NCBI GenBank assembly: GCA_026026165.1 | Contig: JAPEUD010000116.1 | Coordinates: forward strand, 1-46,685 | Direction of reading: 5' to 3' | Source of the DNA: Sarea resinae | Lineage: Eukaryota | DNA length: 46,685 nt | In this document: one piece after another, positions 46,608-46,685 of the stretch | Numbering within the stretch: the stretch's first letter is position 1 | Layout of the letters: every line of letters begins with the position of its first letter | Position numbers and translations under genes: made by a program | Notes under the pieces: generated by a model | What the model was told of the DNA's origin: nothing | The model's input: only the letters and a program-made list of their open reading frames with translations | The model's database searches: none

Positions 46608-46685
46608 CTCTCCGACGGGGAATCGAACCCCGGTCTCCCGCGCTCGTACCTAAGAAGATGACAAGCGGAAATCATCACCACTAGA
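46608..46685 (-). tRNA. tRNA-Asp(GTC) with intron, 5' end beyond the window edge
   Basis: Exact reverse complement of 40771-40848 including the intron; T-run downstream. Confidence 0.9.

Overview
Nuclear DNA of a filamentous ascomycete (Pezizomycotina; short GT-AG introns with CTRAC-type branch sites). I could splice twelve conserved genes by hand: FIG1, EXO1, TMA16, MAM33, SLD2, a DUF167 gene, PRI1, an MFS sugar porter, an Ariadne/HEL1-type RBR E3 ligase, GCD6 (eIF2B epsilon), the SKN7/SrrA response regulator and an MBA1/mL45-like gene. There are also two intron-containing tRNA-Asp(GTC) copies and one degenerate copy. Gene-poor segments (about 14.4-19.9, 22.4-24.5, 27.7-31.7 and 43-46.6 kb) carry orphan or decayed ORFs and, in places, TpA-rich RIP-like patches. 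Best leads: (1) an AUG-less, in-frame, NLS-like N-terminal extension of the RBR ligase behind a good-context ACG codon; (2) a ~4 kb segment bounded by a diverged ~100 bp direct repeat; (3) MCB-box clusters in front of all three DNA replication/repair genes; (4) the tRNA-Asp trio with an anticodon-shifted fold-back pseudogene; (5) a nested palindrome cluster at 44.8 kb. No database searches were run: gene names rest on recognised motifs and all novelty claims are hypotheses.
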